In this document: positions 31,502-40,611 of the stretch, in pieces | Layout: every line of letters starts with the position of its first letter | Numbering within the stretch: the first letter of the stretch is position 1 | Origin: Planctomycetota bacterium | GTDB lineage: Bacteria > Planctomycetota > UBA1135 > UBA2386 | Direction: 5' to 3' | DNA length: 64,000 bases | Assembly: GCA_965223545.1 (NCBI GenBank) | Contig: OZ245006.1 | Span: forward strand, 5,984,001-6,048,000 | Program-made: the position numbers and the translations under genes | The notes under the pieces: generated by a model | Database searches by the model: none | What the model was told of the DNA's origin: nothing | Seen by the model: the letters and a program-made list of their open reading frames with translations, nothing else

Positions 31502-32406
31502 AATCGGCTGTCGTGCTGGTTGGAATGCTGCTCACCGCGTCCTTTGGCGGTGAGGAGGAGCGGGGTCTCGCCCTCTATCGAGAGGGACGCTACGCCGAGG
31601 CCGTCGAGGCGTTTCGCAACGCGATCCAAGCGGGCGAGTCGGCGGAGCTCTACTACAACTTGGCGTTGGCGCACTGGAAGGCGGGCGATCTCGATGCCGC
31701 CGAGACCGCGGCCGAGCAGGCGGCGACGCTGTCCAACGGCGTCCTCGGCAGCCTGCGCGACGGGATCTTGGGCAACCTGCGCTACGCGGCGGCCAAGGCC
31801 GCCGAGGAACAGGATCTGGATGCCGCGCTGCGGGCCGCCGGTCAGGCCCGCGACCACTATCTGCGGGCCGCGATGGCGGAGCGCACGCCAGAGCTGGTGC
31901 GCAACCTGGAGCGCGCCCAGCGGTTGATCGACGCGCTCGAGGAGAAGCGCGAAGAGCAAGAACAGCAGGAAGACCAAGACCAGGAGCAGGAGCCGCAGGA
32001 ATCGGACGACCAGCAGGAGCAGGACGAAGACGAAGAGCAGCAGCAAGAGCAAGAGGGCGAACCCGAGCAGGAAGGCGAACCCGAGCAGGAGGGCGAGGGC
32101 GAGCAGGAGGGCGAGCAGCCGCCGCCAGACCCGCAGTCCTCCGAAGCCGACCCGCAGGAGCAGCAACCGCCGGATGAGCCGCAGCAGCAAGAGGCGCCGC
32201 AGCCGTCCGAAGACGAGTCGGAGCCCGAGCCCGAGGCGGACCCCGGCGAGCAGCCGGCCGCGCCGGGCGAGGTCGAGCCCGACAAGAACCTGACGCCCGA
32301 GCAGAAGCAGCGGTTGATGGAAGCGTTGGAACAAGTCCAGCAGCAGCTGCGCGAGTTGCGGGCCAAGCAGCAGTCGCGGCGGCGCCGCGTGGAGCGCGAT
32401 TGGTGA
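31498..32406 (+). CDS. batC: TPR protein with Q/E-rich linker, BatC-like
   Basis: TPR YYNLALA; acidic EQEGE repeats; C-terminal VERDW. Confidence 0.8.
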   Translation: MKSAVVLVGMLLTASFGGEEERGLALYREGRYAEAVEAFRNAIQAGESAELYYNLALAHWKAGDLDAAETAAEQAATLSNGVLGSLRDGILGNLRYAAAKAAEEQDLDAALRAAGQARDHYLRAAMAERTPELVRNLERAQRLIDALEEKREEQEQQEDQDQEQEPQESDDQQEQDEDEEQQQEQEGEPEQEGEPEQEGEGEQEGEQPPPDPQSSEADPQEQQPPDEPQQQEAPQPSEDESEPEPEADPGEQPAAPGEVEPDKNLTPEQKQRLMEALEQVQQQLRELRAKQQSRRRRVERDW

Positions 32407-34865
32407 TCGCGCTGGTCTGTGCCTTGCTGTCCCTGGCGCCGCAGTCGGGGAGGTCGGGTCCGCTGATCGTCACCGATCCTCAGCCGGGCGTGGTCGTCCT
32501 CGGCAGCGCCTGCCGGGTCGCGATCACGGTCGAAGGGGACGTCCGCGTGCGCACCCCGTTGATCCCGGACATCGCCGGGGCGCGCACCCAGCTCTCGCCG
32601 CCGTCGACGCTCTCGTCGCAGAGCGTGATCAACGGCCGCGTCCAGCGCAGTCAGCAGGTGCGCTGGGTGTTGACGATCCTGCCGGCCCGCGAAGGCGAGT
32701 TCACCGTGGATCCGATCCAGGTCGCGATCGACGGCGTGATGCACCGCAGCCGGCCGCTGCGCTTCGAGGTCGTCAAGGAGATCATCGGCCAGGAGCTCGC
32801 ATTCGTCGATGTGCGCGCGTCGGCCACCCGCGTCTACGTGCACGAGCCGGTGCGCTTTTTGGTCGACTACGGCGTCGACAGCAGTCTGCAGCCACAGGGC
32901 AGTCTCAATCGGCAGAACGAACCGGTGTTCGACATCGAGCTGATGGCGCCGTGGTTGGCGGAATCGGACGCCGGAGTGATGGTGGCGGACGGCGCCAGCG
33001 GTGGCAACGTCCGGCTCTACCTCAACGGTGAGGAGCAGCTGGTCGAGTACACCAAGAACGCCGAGCGCGAGGGCAGGCGTTACCACCAGTTCCACCTGAC
33101 CAAGACGTTCCTGCCGACCAAGACCGGGACGTTCGAGCTCGTGGCACCGGTGCTGCGCTACGAGGTCGTCACCCGACGGTCGAGCTCGGTGTTCGATCGG
33201 GACGAGACCCGGACCTTGCACGCGTACGGCGAGCCAATGCAGCTCGAGGTGCTGCCGCTGCCGGAGGAGGGCCGGCCGGTGCCGTTCTACGGGGCGGTCG
33301 GCCGCTTCCAGATGGCGGCCGACGTCGATCAGAGACAGGTGCGCGTCGGCAGCAGTCTCAAGCTCAAGTTGATCATCGAGGGGTTGGGCAACACCGAGTT
33401 CTTGCGGGTGCCGAAGCTCGACGACCTCGATGGCTTTCACGTGCTGGGGGCGGTCGAGGCCCGGAGCCAGGACCGCGTCGTCGTCACCTACGACGTGACT
33501 CCGCTGTCCGCCGACGTGGAGGGCGTGCCGGCGATCCACTGGAACTTCTTCGACACTTCACCGGGCGTCGAGCGCTACGTCGAGCGGATGACCGACCCGA
33601 TCCCGTTGCAGGTGCTGGCGCTGGAGGGCGGCGAGTCGCTGGCGCCGTTGCCCGGCGAGGAGCGCAGCGCGGTCACGCCGGGAGTCGACGACATCTTCGA
33701 CATGAAGCCGCTCGCCGACCGGCCGCCGGCCCCGCGCGTCGGGTCGCCGTCGCGCGCCGCGGTGTTGACCTGGACCGCCGCCCCGTGGCTGATCGGTCTG
33801 CTTGCAGCTCTGCTGGTCCGCCGCGGCCGCCGGCGGCGCGCCGACCACGCCGGCGTCCGCGCGCGGGGGGCAGCCCGCGGTTTTCGGCAGGCGCTGCAGG
33901 CGGGGCCGCCACTCGATGCCCTGACCGCATACTTGGCGGCACGCATGGGGGTCGCCGAGGCGGCGGTGATCAGCCCCGACCTGGCGGCGCGGCTGGAGCG
34001 GGCCGGGGTCGACGAGGAGCTGGCGCGGCGCTGTGCCAGCGCGGTGGACCGGGGCGTCGCTCAGCGGTACGGCGGCGGTGAGGGCCTCGATGCCGAGACG
34101 GCCGAAGCGCTCGTCCGCGACCTCGAGCGGGGCACGCGCTGGCGCGCGCCGGCCGGAGTGGTCATCGTCGCCTTGTGTTTGTCGGGAGCACTGGTCGGGC
34201 AGGGCCGACTGGCCGAGGCGGAGAAGGCCTACCGCGACGGCGACTACGCCGCCGCGGCGCGCGCCTACGCCGCGTTGGCCGAGGCGGCCGATGCCGATCC
34301 GAGGCTGCTGTACAACCTCGGCAACGCGCTGTACCGAGAGGGCCGACTCGGCGAGGCTCTGGTCGCCTACGAGAGGGCGCGCCTGGCGCTGCCGCGCGAT
34401 AGGGAGCTGCTCGCCAACGTGCGGTTGGTGCGCCAGAAGCTCGAGCTCGGCAGCGGCGAGGGGGAGCCGTTCCTCGATGCGCTGGTCGGTCTGCGGCGCG
34501 GCTTCACCCGGGGCGAGTTGCTGGCGATCGCCGTGCTCTGTCACGCGGCGGGCGCGGTGCTGCTGATCCTGCTGCGCGGTCGATGGGGCGGGCTGTCGCG
34601 CGGCGCCGGTGTCGCGGCGGCGCTGCTCGGCGTCGTGCTGCTGGCCGAGCTCGCCTGGTGGGGGCCGGCGCGCGCGCCGCGGGCCATCGTCACCGCGCGG
34701 CGCGCGGTCGTGCTGGCGGAGCCACGGGAGGGGCTGGAACCGTTGATGCAGCTGCGCGAGGGCGTCGAGGTGGCGCTCTTGGCGGACGGCCCGGAGTGGG
34801 TCCGGGTCGGGGTCGAGGGACGCAGCGGCTACGTGCGCGCGGGGCTGGTCGGCGTGGTCCGCTGA
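32400..34865 (+). CDS. batD: BatD-like protein fused to a BatE-like TPR + SH3 module
   Basis: FYGAVGRF, IEGLGN BatD motifs; TM; LLYNLGNALYR..AYERA TPR; C-terminal WVRV...SGYV SH3-like; one ORF. Confidence 0.8.
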   Translation: MVIALVCALLSLAPQSGRSGPLIVTDPQPGVVVLGSACRVAITVEGDVRVRTPLIPDIAGARTQLSPPSTLSSQSVINGRVQRSQQVRWVLTILPAREGEFTVDPIQVAIDGVMHRSRPLRFEVVKEIIGQELAFVDVRASATRVYVHEPVRFLVDYGVDSSLQPQGSLNRQNEPVFDIELMAPWLAESDAGVMVADGASGGNVRLYLNGEEQLVEYTKNAEREGRRYHQFHLTKTFLPTKTGTFELVAPVLRYEVVTRRSSSVFDRDETRTLHAYGEPMQLEVLPLPEEGRPVPFYGAVGRFQMAADVDQRQVRVGSSLKLKLIIEGLGNTEFLRVPKLDDLDGFHVLGAVEARSQDRVVVTYDVTPLSADVEGVPAIHWNFFDTSPGVERYVERMTDPIPLQVLALEGGESLAPLPGEERSAVTPGVDDIFDMKPLADRPPAPRVGSPSRAAVLTWTAAPWLIGLLAALLVRRGRRRRADHAGVRARGAARGFRQALQAGPPLDALTAYLAARMGVAEAAVISPDLAARLERAGVDEELARRCASAVDRGVAQRYGGGEGLDAETAEALVRDLERGTRWRAPAGVVIVALCLSGALVGQGRLAEAEKAYRDGDYAAAARAYAALAEAADADPRLLYNLGNALYREGRLGEALVAYERARLALPRDRELLANVRLVRQKLELGSGEGEPFLDALVGLRRGFTRGELLAIAVLCHAAGAVLLILLRGRWGGLSRGAGVAAALLGVVLLAELAWWGPARAPRAIVTARRAVVLAEPREGLEPLMQLREGVEVALLADGPEWVRVGVEGRSGYVRAGLVGVVR

Positions 34866-35020
34866 CCGATCGGCGGCAAGGGCAACGGCCTTAAATTCGC
34901 CGCCGCGCCGGGCGTTCACCCGGGCCTCGCGCCGGTCCGCGGGAACGCCCTTGGTCCAGCGTTGCCCCGCTGGCGCCCCCGTGTTACGTCTACCGCCCGA
35001 GATCCCACCGCCGCCCTCCC

Positions 35021-35251
35021 ATGAGCGACTCTGAAAAGCACTTCGGACCCAAGTTCTTCGCCCTCGGCCTCGTGCTCGGCGGCGCGCTGATCGCCTTCTT
35101 CGTCGTGCTCTCGGAGAGCCAGGGGCTGCGCTCCGGCTTCGTGGGGGTGCCGCCCAACGCGACTTGGTACGAGCCGGATGCCGGTGGCGACTCGGGTTCG
35201 GGTGGTCTGGCCTCGGGTGGTCCGGCCTCGGGGGCCGCCGAGGGTCACTGA
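35021..35251 (+). CDS. Small hypothetical membrane protein (76 aa)
   Basis: Single TM (FFALGLVLGGALIAFFVVL); host-like codons; fills an intergenic gap. Confidence 0.55.
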   Translation: MSDSEKHFGPKFFALGLVLGGALIAFFVVLSESQGLRSGFVGVPPNATWYEPDAGGDSGSGGLASGGPASGAAEGH

Positions 35252-35329
35252 GGCGCGGACGACACTGACGCGCGCGGCACCCTGGGGTGCCCGCCTTCGC
35301 CGGTCGGTGTGCGGTATGCTGGATGCAGC

Positions 35330-36637
35330 ATGCCATTTCGCGCCCTGCCCCGGTCGGTGGCGCCGCGATCGCCTCTTGCGGTGGCGGTTGCCGCGGCCTT
35401 GCTCGTGTTCGTCTCCGCTTGTGGTGGCGGGGCGTCCGCCGGCTTGGTGGTCGGCGGTGCCACGAGCACCACGTCGGGGCCGCGCCCGCTGGCGGGCCGC
35501 AAGCTCGGCGATCCGATCCCCGGACTGACCGACGCTCAGTTGGCGGCGTTCGAGCGGGGCCGCGTGCTGTTCGAGAAAGAGTGGACCCCCGAAGAGGGAC
35601 TCGGCCCGCTCTACAACGCGACGTCGTGTGCGTCGTGCCACTCGACACCGGTCACCGGTGGCTCGTCACAGCTGTACCGCAACTTCTACTTGGCGATGAC
35701 GGGCACCGCCCCGTTTCAGGGCACGTTCCCCGAGCTGCCGAGCCCGGTCGTACCGGCCTATGGTCCGCACGTGTTCGGCGGCGCGTCCGCCTTCAGCCTC
35801 GAGTCGGGGCGGTTCGCGATCCCGCCGACCTACTTCGGTTCGCCGGTGACGGTGGCCCAACGCAACGCCGTGCCGGTGTTCGGCACCGGGCTGTTCGAGT
35901 TCATCTCCAACACCGACATCCTCGCCAACGCCGATCCGTTCGACGCCGACGGCGATGGCATCAGCGGGCGGGCCAACTACGACAACGGCGATCTCGGCCG
36001 TTTCGGCGTCAAGGCCCAGGCGAACAACGTCGAGCGTTTCACCCGGCCACCGCTCAACAACCAGATGGGCATCACCAGCGATCCGTTCCTCGGGTCGGCG
36101 GGCACCATCTCGCTGGGCAGCGCGGCGCAGGGGACCGTCGACCCCAACGCTCCGCTGGTCGACAACGATCCGGTGCCGGATCCCGAGATCTCACGGGCCG
36201 AGCTCGGCGACCTGATCGCGTTCACGCGCTTTCTGGCGCCGCCGGCGCGGCTGCCGTTCAACGCCGAGGCCCAGCGCGGCGAGCAGGTGTTCGCGCAAGT
36301 GCGCTGCACGGCGTGCCACATCCCGAGCTTGCCGTCGTCGCGCGGGCCGGTCGAGGCCTACACCGACCTCTTGCTGCACGACATGGGGCCCGGGCTCGCC
36401 GACGGCTTGCAGTTCGGCGTGCCCGCGCTCGGCGGTCTGTCGACCGGTGGCGAGTTCCGCACCCAGCCGCTGTGGGGGGTGTCGTTGCACGCGCCTTTCC
36501 TGCACGACGGCCGCGCCGAGACCCTGCGAGAGGCGATCCTGGCCCACGGCGGCGAGGCGCAGGCCAGCCGCGACGCGTTCGCCGCGCTGTCGGTGGACGA
36601 CCAGCGCGCCGTGATCTCGTTCTTGGAGCACTTGTGA
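35330..36637 (+). CDS. Di-heme cytochrome c oxidoreductase family (DHOR/DUF1111) lipoprotein
   Basis: VSAC lipobox; GLGPLYNATSCASCH, DGDGISGR, GRFGVKA, CTACH, TDLLLHDMG, FRTQPLWG, LHDGRA. Confidence 0.88.
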   Translation: MPFRALPRSVAPRSPLAVAVAAALLVFVSACGGGASAGLVVGGATSTTSGPRPLAGRKLGDPIPGLTDAQLAAFERGRVLFEKEWTPEEGLGPLYNATSCASCHSTPVTGGSSQLYRNFYLAMTGTAPFQGTFPELPSPVVPAYGPHVFGGASAFSLESGRFAIPPTYFGSPVTVAQRNAVPVFGTGLFEFISNTDILANADPFDADGDGISGRANYDNGDLGRFGVKAQANNVERFTRPPLNNQMGITSDPFLGSAGTISLGSAAQGTVDPNAPLVDNDPVPDPEISRAELGDLIAFTRFLAPPARLPFNAEAQRGEQVFAQVRCTACHIPSLPSSRGPVEAYTDLLLHDMGPGLADGLQFGVPALGGLSTGGEFRTQPLWGVSLHAPFLHDGRAETLREAILAHGGEAQASRDAFAALSVDDQRAVISFLEHL

Positions 36638-36653
36638 TGCGGATCGACCTGTG

Positions 36654-37814
36654 ATGCGGATCGAAACGACGAGGGCGATCGCGGTGGCCGGCGCGTGCTG
36701 GGCGCTGGCGGCCACGGCGCTGGCGCAGCGGGCGCGCGACCCCCGGATCCCCGACGCGGTGCACCCGATGGAGCGCGCCCTCGACAACATGGCGCGCGAC
36801 GATCTCCGGTTCGCGCTCGGTATGCGACTGTTCGATACCGCGTTCCACCGCTCGCACGGGCTCGGCTCACCCGAGATGAACGCCGACAGCTGCCGTGCGT
36901 GCCACCAGCAGCCGGCGATCGGCGGCGCCGGTGGGCTCGAGCTCAACGTCACCCGGATGGGCGACGACGGCTTCGGCACGCGGCCGTTCCAAAACGTCGC
37001 CGGCGGGCAGGGGCTGAGCAAGTTCCGGCCGCCCTGGGTCGGTGGCCGCGAGGAGCACAGCGCCATCGTGGCGACCGTGTTCGAGCAGCGGCAGACGCCG
37101 TCGATCTTCGGCGCCGGCCAGATCGACGGGATCCCGGCGGCGGCGATCCTCGAGAACGAGGACCCGCAGGATCTCGACGGCGACGGCATCTATGGCGTCG
37201 CGCGCCGGCTCGTCATCGCGGGCGAGCCCGACGTCGGCCGCTTCGGTTGGAAGGCGCAAGTGCCGCGGTTGCGCGATTTCGTCATGGACGCGATGGGCGG
37301 TGAGCTCGGCATCACCACTCCCGACGACGGGCGAGGGTTCGCCATGGTGACGGACGCCGACGGCGTGGCCGACCCGGAGCTCTCGGCGAAAGACGTCGGC
37401 CTGGTGCACCATTTCATGGCGCACTTGCCGGCGCCGCGGCGCCGGTTGAGCGACTCGGCGAACGTCGCCCTCGGCGAGGCCCGCTTCGCCGCGATCGGCT
37501 GCGCCAAGTGCCACGTGCCGTCGCTGCCCGGGCGCGCGGGCCCGGTCCGGCTGTACTCGAACCTGCTGTTGCACAACGTGATGCCCGCCGGCTTCCGCGG
37601 CATGGCGGAGCCGGGTGCCCCCGTGGGCTTCTTCCGCACGCCACCGCTGTGGGGGATCTCGGAGACCGCGCCGTACATGCACGACGGCCGCGCCACCACG
37701 CTGGCCGACGCGATCGCCGCGCACGACGGCGAGGCCGCTGCCGTGCGCCAGGCCTACCAGGCACTGCCGCCGGCGGAGCAGGCCGCGGTCCTCGCGTTCT
37801 TGGCCGAGTTGTAG
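36654..37814 (+). CDS. Di-heme cytochrome c oxidoreductase family (DHOR/DUF1111), second paralog
   Basis: Signal peptide; CRACH, GRFGWKA, CAKCH, FRTPPLWG, MHDGRA. Confidence 0.88.
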   Translation: MRIETTRAIAVAGACWALAATALAQRARDPRIPDAVHPMERALDNMARDDLRFALGMRLFDTAFHRSHGLGSPEMNADSCRACHQQPAIGGAGGLELNVTRMGDDGFGTRPFQNVAGGQGLSKFRPPWVGGREEHSAIVATVFEQRQTPSIFGAGQIDGIPAAAILENEDPQDLDGDGIYGVARRLVIAGEPDVGRFGWKAQVPRLRDFVMDAMGGELGITTPDDGRGFAMVTDADGVADPELSAKDVGLVHHFMAHLPAPRRRLSDSANVALGEARFAAIGCAKCHVPSLPGRAGPVRLYSNLLLHNVMPAGFRGMAEPGAPVGFFRTPPLWGISETAPYMHDGRATTLADAIAAHDGEAAAVRQAYQALPPAEQAAVLAFLAEL

Positions 37815-37816
37815 GA

Positions 37817-38833
37817 GTGCGCCGCGCCGTTGCCCTGTGGGGCCTGCTGCTGGTCGGCTGCGGCCCGCCGCCGGGCGAGCCGGCGCCGGCTTGGCCGCCG
37901 TTCACCGTGCGCGGGCGCTGGGCCGACCCCGGCGCGCTGCGCTGGTGGATCGAAGCCGGCGATGGACCGGTGGATGCGGCCGTGCTGCGCCGCGTGGTCG
38001 AAGATGCGTTGCGCGTCTGGGCCCAGCACCCGGCGGTGGGCTTTCGGCCGGCCTCCGACTTCGAAGATTCCCACATCGTCTATCGCTGGGGCGCCACCGC
38101 CGGCGACGGCGAGATCGGCGGTCCGTTCGGGCGCGACACGAGCGTCGCGGTCGCCGGACCGGTGGGCGCGCGCTGTGTCGTGCAACTCGACCGTGGCCAG
38201 CGCTACCGCGAGGCGGGCGCCGGCGACGTGTCCCTCGCTCAGGCCGTGGTGCACGAGACCGGCCACGCGCTGGGGCTCGGTCACAGCGCGGACCCGACGG
38301 CGGTGATGTACGCCCAGCGAGAGGTCGCGGGGACGGCCCCCAACGCCAGCGATTGGGCCGGGCTCCACTCGCTGTACGGCGGCGGCACTCCAGGGGCCGG
38401 GGACATCGACTTCGGGCCGCGCGTTCCCGCGCTGCGGCGGCTGGCTCCGCCAGGGAGGACGGAGTGGATGGCGGCGGATCTCGACGGCAACGGCGCGGCC
38501 GAGCTGCTGCTGTGGAGTGGCGGCGATCGCGGCGAGGCGGCCCTGATGGCGCTGCACTTTGCCACCGGGCCGGTCTTGCAGCGCACGGGTGGCCCCTGGC
38601 TCGGCATCGTCGGTCCGGGCACGTCGCTGCGGGTCGGCGGACAGCCCGGCCGGCGCTGGCTCGATGTCCGCTGGCCGGATGGCACCGTCGTGCGCCGCGC
38701 GCTCGACGCCCGCGGCCGGCCCGGTGCGGCAGAGCGGGGCGAGCCTTGGCCGACTCGGGCTGTCGGAGTCCACTCCGAGCTGAGCGCCGACCTGGACGGT
38801 GATGGCGTCGCCGAGCGGATCGAGCGTAGATGA
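37817..38833 (+). CDS. Matrixin (M10)-like zinc metalloprotease lipoprotein
   Basis: LVGC lipobox; HETGHALGLGH; Met-turn AVMY; DLDGNG/DLDGDG Ca-binding-like motifs. Confidence 0.85.
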   Translation: MRRAVALWGLLLVGCGPPPGEPAPAWPPFTVRGRWADPGALRWWIEAGDGPVDAAVLRRVVEDALRVWAQHPAVGFRPASDFEDSHIVYRWGATAGDGEIGGPFGRDTSVAVAGPVGARCVVQLDRGQRYREAGAGDVSLAQAVVHETGHALGLGHSADPTAVMYAQREVAGTAPNASDWAGLHSLYGGGTPGAGDIDFGPRVPALRRLAPPGRTEWMAADLDGNGAAELLLWSGGDRGEAALMALHFATGPVLQRTGGPWLGIVGPGTSLRVGGQPGRRWLDVRWPDGTVVRRALDARGRPGAAERGEPWPTRAVGVHSELSADLDGDGVAERIERR

Positions 38834-39049
38834 CGCGCGCCGAGATAAGCTCGATTTTCGATTTGGCGAAACAAGGGGGTGACCCGCAGCGTCCGATGGC
38901 GTAAGAGGTGCCTGGTGGAGGTCGTTCCCGAGCCGGCGCCGCGGGTGTCGGCAGATTTGTGGATCTGCATTGCGATGGACGCCCGTCTTGAGTCGACTGG
39001 GTGCTGCAACGCCAGGTAGGCAGAATCCCTTGTCGGCGCGGGGCTGTGG

Positions 39050-39433
39050 ATGCCAGAAATCGTGATGTTCGAGGAGTGTCTAGCTGAGGTTCGCGAGGCG
39101 ATCGCCTCGTTCGATGCGGCTCCCGGTTATGACCCTGCGGAGCGCCTCTGCCAGATGACCCGTGTGGCGTGGTCTGCCTACCTCACGCAGTACCTGGTGG
39201 AGCCCGAGCGGTGCTCGGAAGAACTCCAGCAAGACTTCAGCAGTGCGTTGGCGGCGGCGCGGACTCGAGTGGAGCGAGCCTCCGAGTGTGGTGCGCTCGA
39301 TGACATCGAACGGCAGCGGCTGCCCGGCTTCGAGCAGGCGATCGGGTTGCGGCAGACCTTGGTCGAGACCTTGCACGGCCCTGATGGCAAGCGCGCCGTG
39401 CTTGCCATTCTCGAGCGCCACGCCAATCAGTAG
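39050..39433 (+). CDS. Hypothetical protein (127 aa)
   Basis: Clean ORF with protein-like helical composition; no recognised motif. Confidence 0.55.
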   Translation: MPEIVMFEECLAEVREAIASFDAAPGYDPAERLCQMTRVAWSAYLTQYLVEPERCSEELQQDFSSALAAARTRVERASECGALDDIERQRLPGFEQAIGLRQTLVETLHGPDGKRAVLAILERHANQ

Positions 39434-39443
39434 GGCGGTTCGA

Positions 39444-39761
39444 ATGCTGTCCGCCGGGGATCAGCGGATCGCGCTCGCCAACGTCGAGTGTGACCTGCAC
39501 AACGAGAAGGGCCAGAACCGGCCCACCGGCCCTCAGCACGCGGAGCTCATCGAGAGGGTCTTGCCTCATTTTCCGGCGGGCGAGGTTCGGGGCGGCCTGG
39601 AGCGGATCGCGGCGGCTCTGCGCCAGCCATTGCCGGAAACGGACCCCGACCACCAGCAGCGGTTGGATGCGGGGCGTCGCACGGCGGCGTTGGCCGAGGT
39701 GCGCCGGCTCAAGGGGCGGCTGGGCGGGGGGCAGACCGGCGAGAGCGCAGTGGGGCGGTGA
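39444..39761 (+). CDS. Hypothetical protein (105 aa)
   Basis: ATG 10 nt after the previous stop; no recognised motif. Confidence 0.5.
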   Translation: MLSAGDQRIALANVECDLHNEKGQNRPTGPQHAELIERVLPHFPAGEVRGGLERIAAALRQPLPETDPDHQQRLDAGRRTAALAEVRRLKGRLGGGQTGESAVGR

Positions 39762-39798
39762 CCCGTGGGGAGCCGACCGCCGGGCCTGGTGCCGCTCC

Positions 39799-40611
39799 TC
39801 AGGCCAAGAGTCTGACAGCCGTTTCTACCGCCGCTCGGGAAGGGTGTGCGATCAGCTGATGGAGGGCTTCGAACAGCTGGGGCTCGGGCTGCGGCCAGAA
39901 CTGTCTCGCGTGTTCGACCACGCGTTGCAGGTGGTCTCGCAGGGGGGGCGTTACCGACAGAACGGGCTCGCGTTCTTCCTCCATCATCGCCGTGCGCAGG
40001 TCTTGGACTTTGAGTCGCAAGTTCTCGGCGAGTTGCTCTTGCACCAGTTGTTTCTGCAACAGGCTCTGACCGAGTGTGCGCCCGGCGTCGGTTACCAAGA
40101 GTTCGTTCTCCAGGCCGCGGGTGACCTTGCGAACGGCCCCGTACTCGACCATCTTCGTCACGATCCGATAAGCGTTCTCCCGTCGTAGACCGATGCGCTG
40201 ATGGACGTCCTGTTGTCTCGCGCGCCCGCCCACCCGGACGAGCTCTCGCAGGATTCGATCGGCGTGCTTGTATCGGAGGACCTCGTCGATCGGCGGATGC
40301 TCGTCCGGATCGTCCAGGCGGCTGGCCAGTAGGTCCGCGAACGCGCCCCATCGCGCCAGCGAATCGGCCGTGGGCCCGTTTTGGCGGAGGCGTTCGGACG
40401 CACAGACCTGCTCGAGGTGAGTTAGGAGGTCGGCGGCGTCGCGCGTGTCTGCGCTCAGGGCCCGCGCCGTCAGTAACAGGTAGATTTCGTCCAGAACCGC
40501 AGTGACGGTCTCGTCCCATTCTTCGGTCGAGTACACCGCGCGCTCGATCTCGGCCAGGGTGGCGACCGCCGCGACCTCCTGGGGATCGCAGTGATTCAGT
40601 CGAAGCTCCAT
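39799..40611 (-). CDS. Protein with winged helix-turn-helix (MarR-like) domain
   Basis: RILRELVRVGGRARQQDVHQRIGLRRENAYRIVTKMVEYGAVRKVTRGLENELLVTDAG; AGGA RBS; overlaps the upstream gene. Confidence 0.7.
   Translation of the reverse strand: MELRLNHCDPQEVAAVATLAEIERAVYSTEEWDETVTAVLDEIYLLLTARALSADTRDAADLLTHLEQVCASERLRQNGPTADSLARWGAFADLLASRLDDPDEHPPIDEVLRYKHADRILRELVRVGGRARQQDVHQRIGLRRENAYRIVTKMVEYGAVRKVTRGLENELLVTDAGRTLGQSLLQKQLVQEQLAENLRLKVQDLRTAMMEEEREPVLSVTPPLRDHLQRVVEHARQFWPQPEPQLFEALHQLIAHPSRAAVETAVRLLA

Noticed and set aside
32040..32120. 18-bp tandem repeat
   Set aside because: Encodes the ordinary acidic EQEGE linker of BatC-like proteins.
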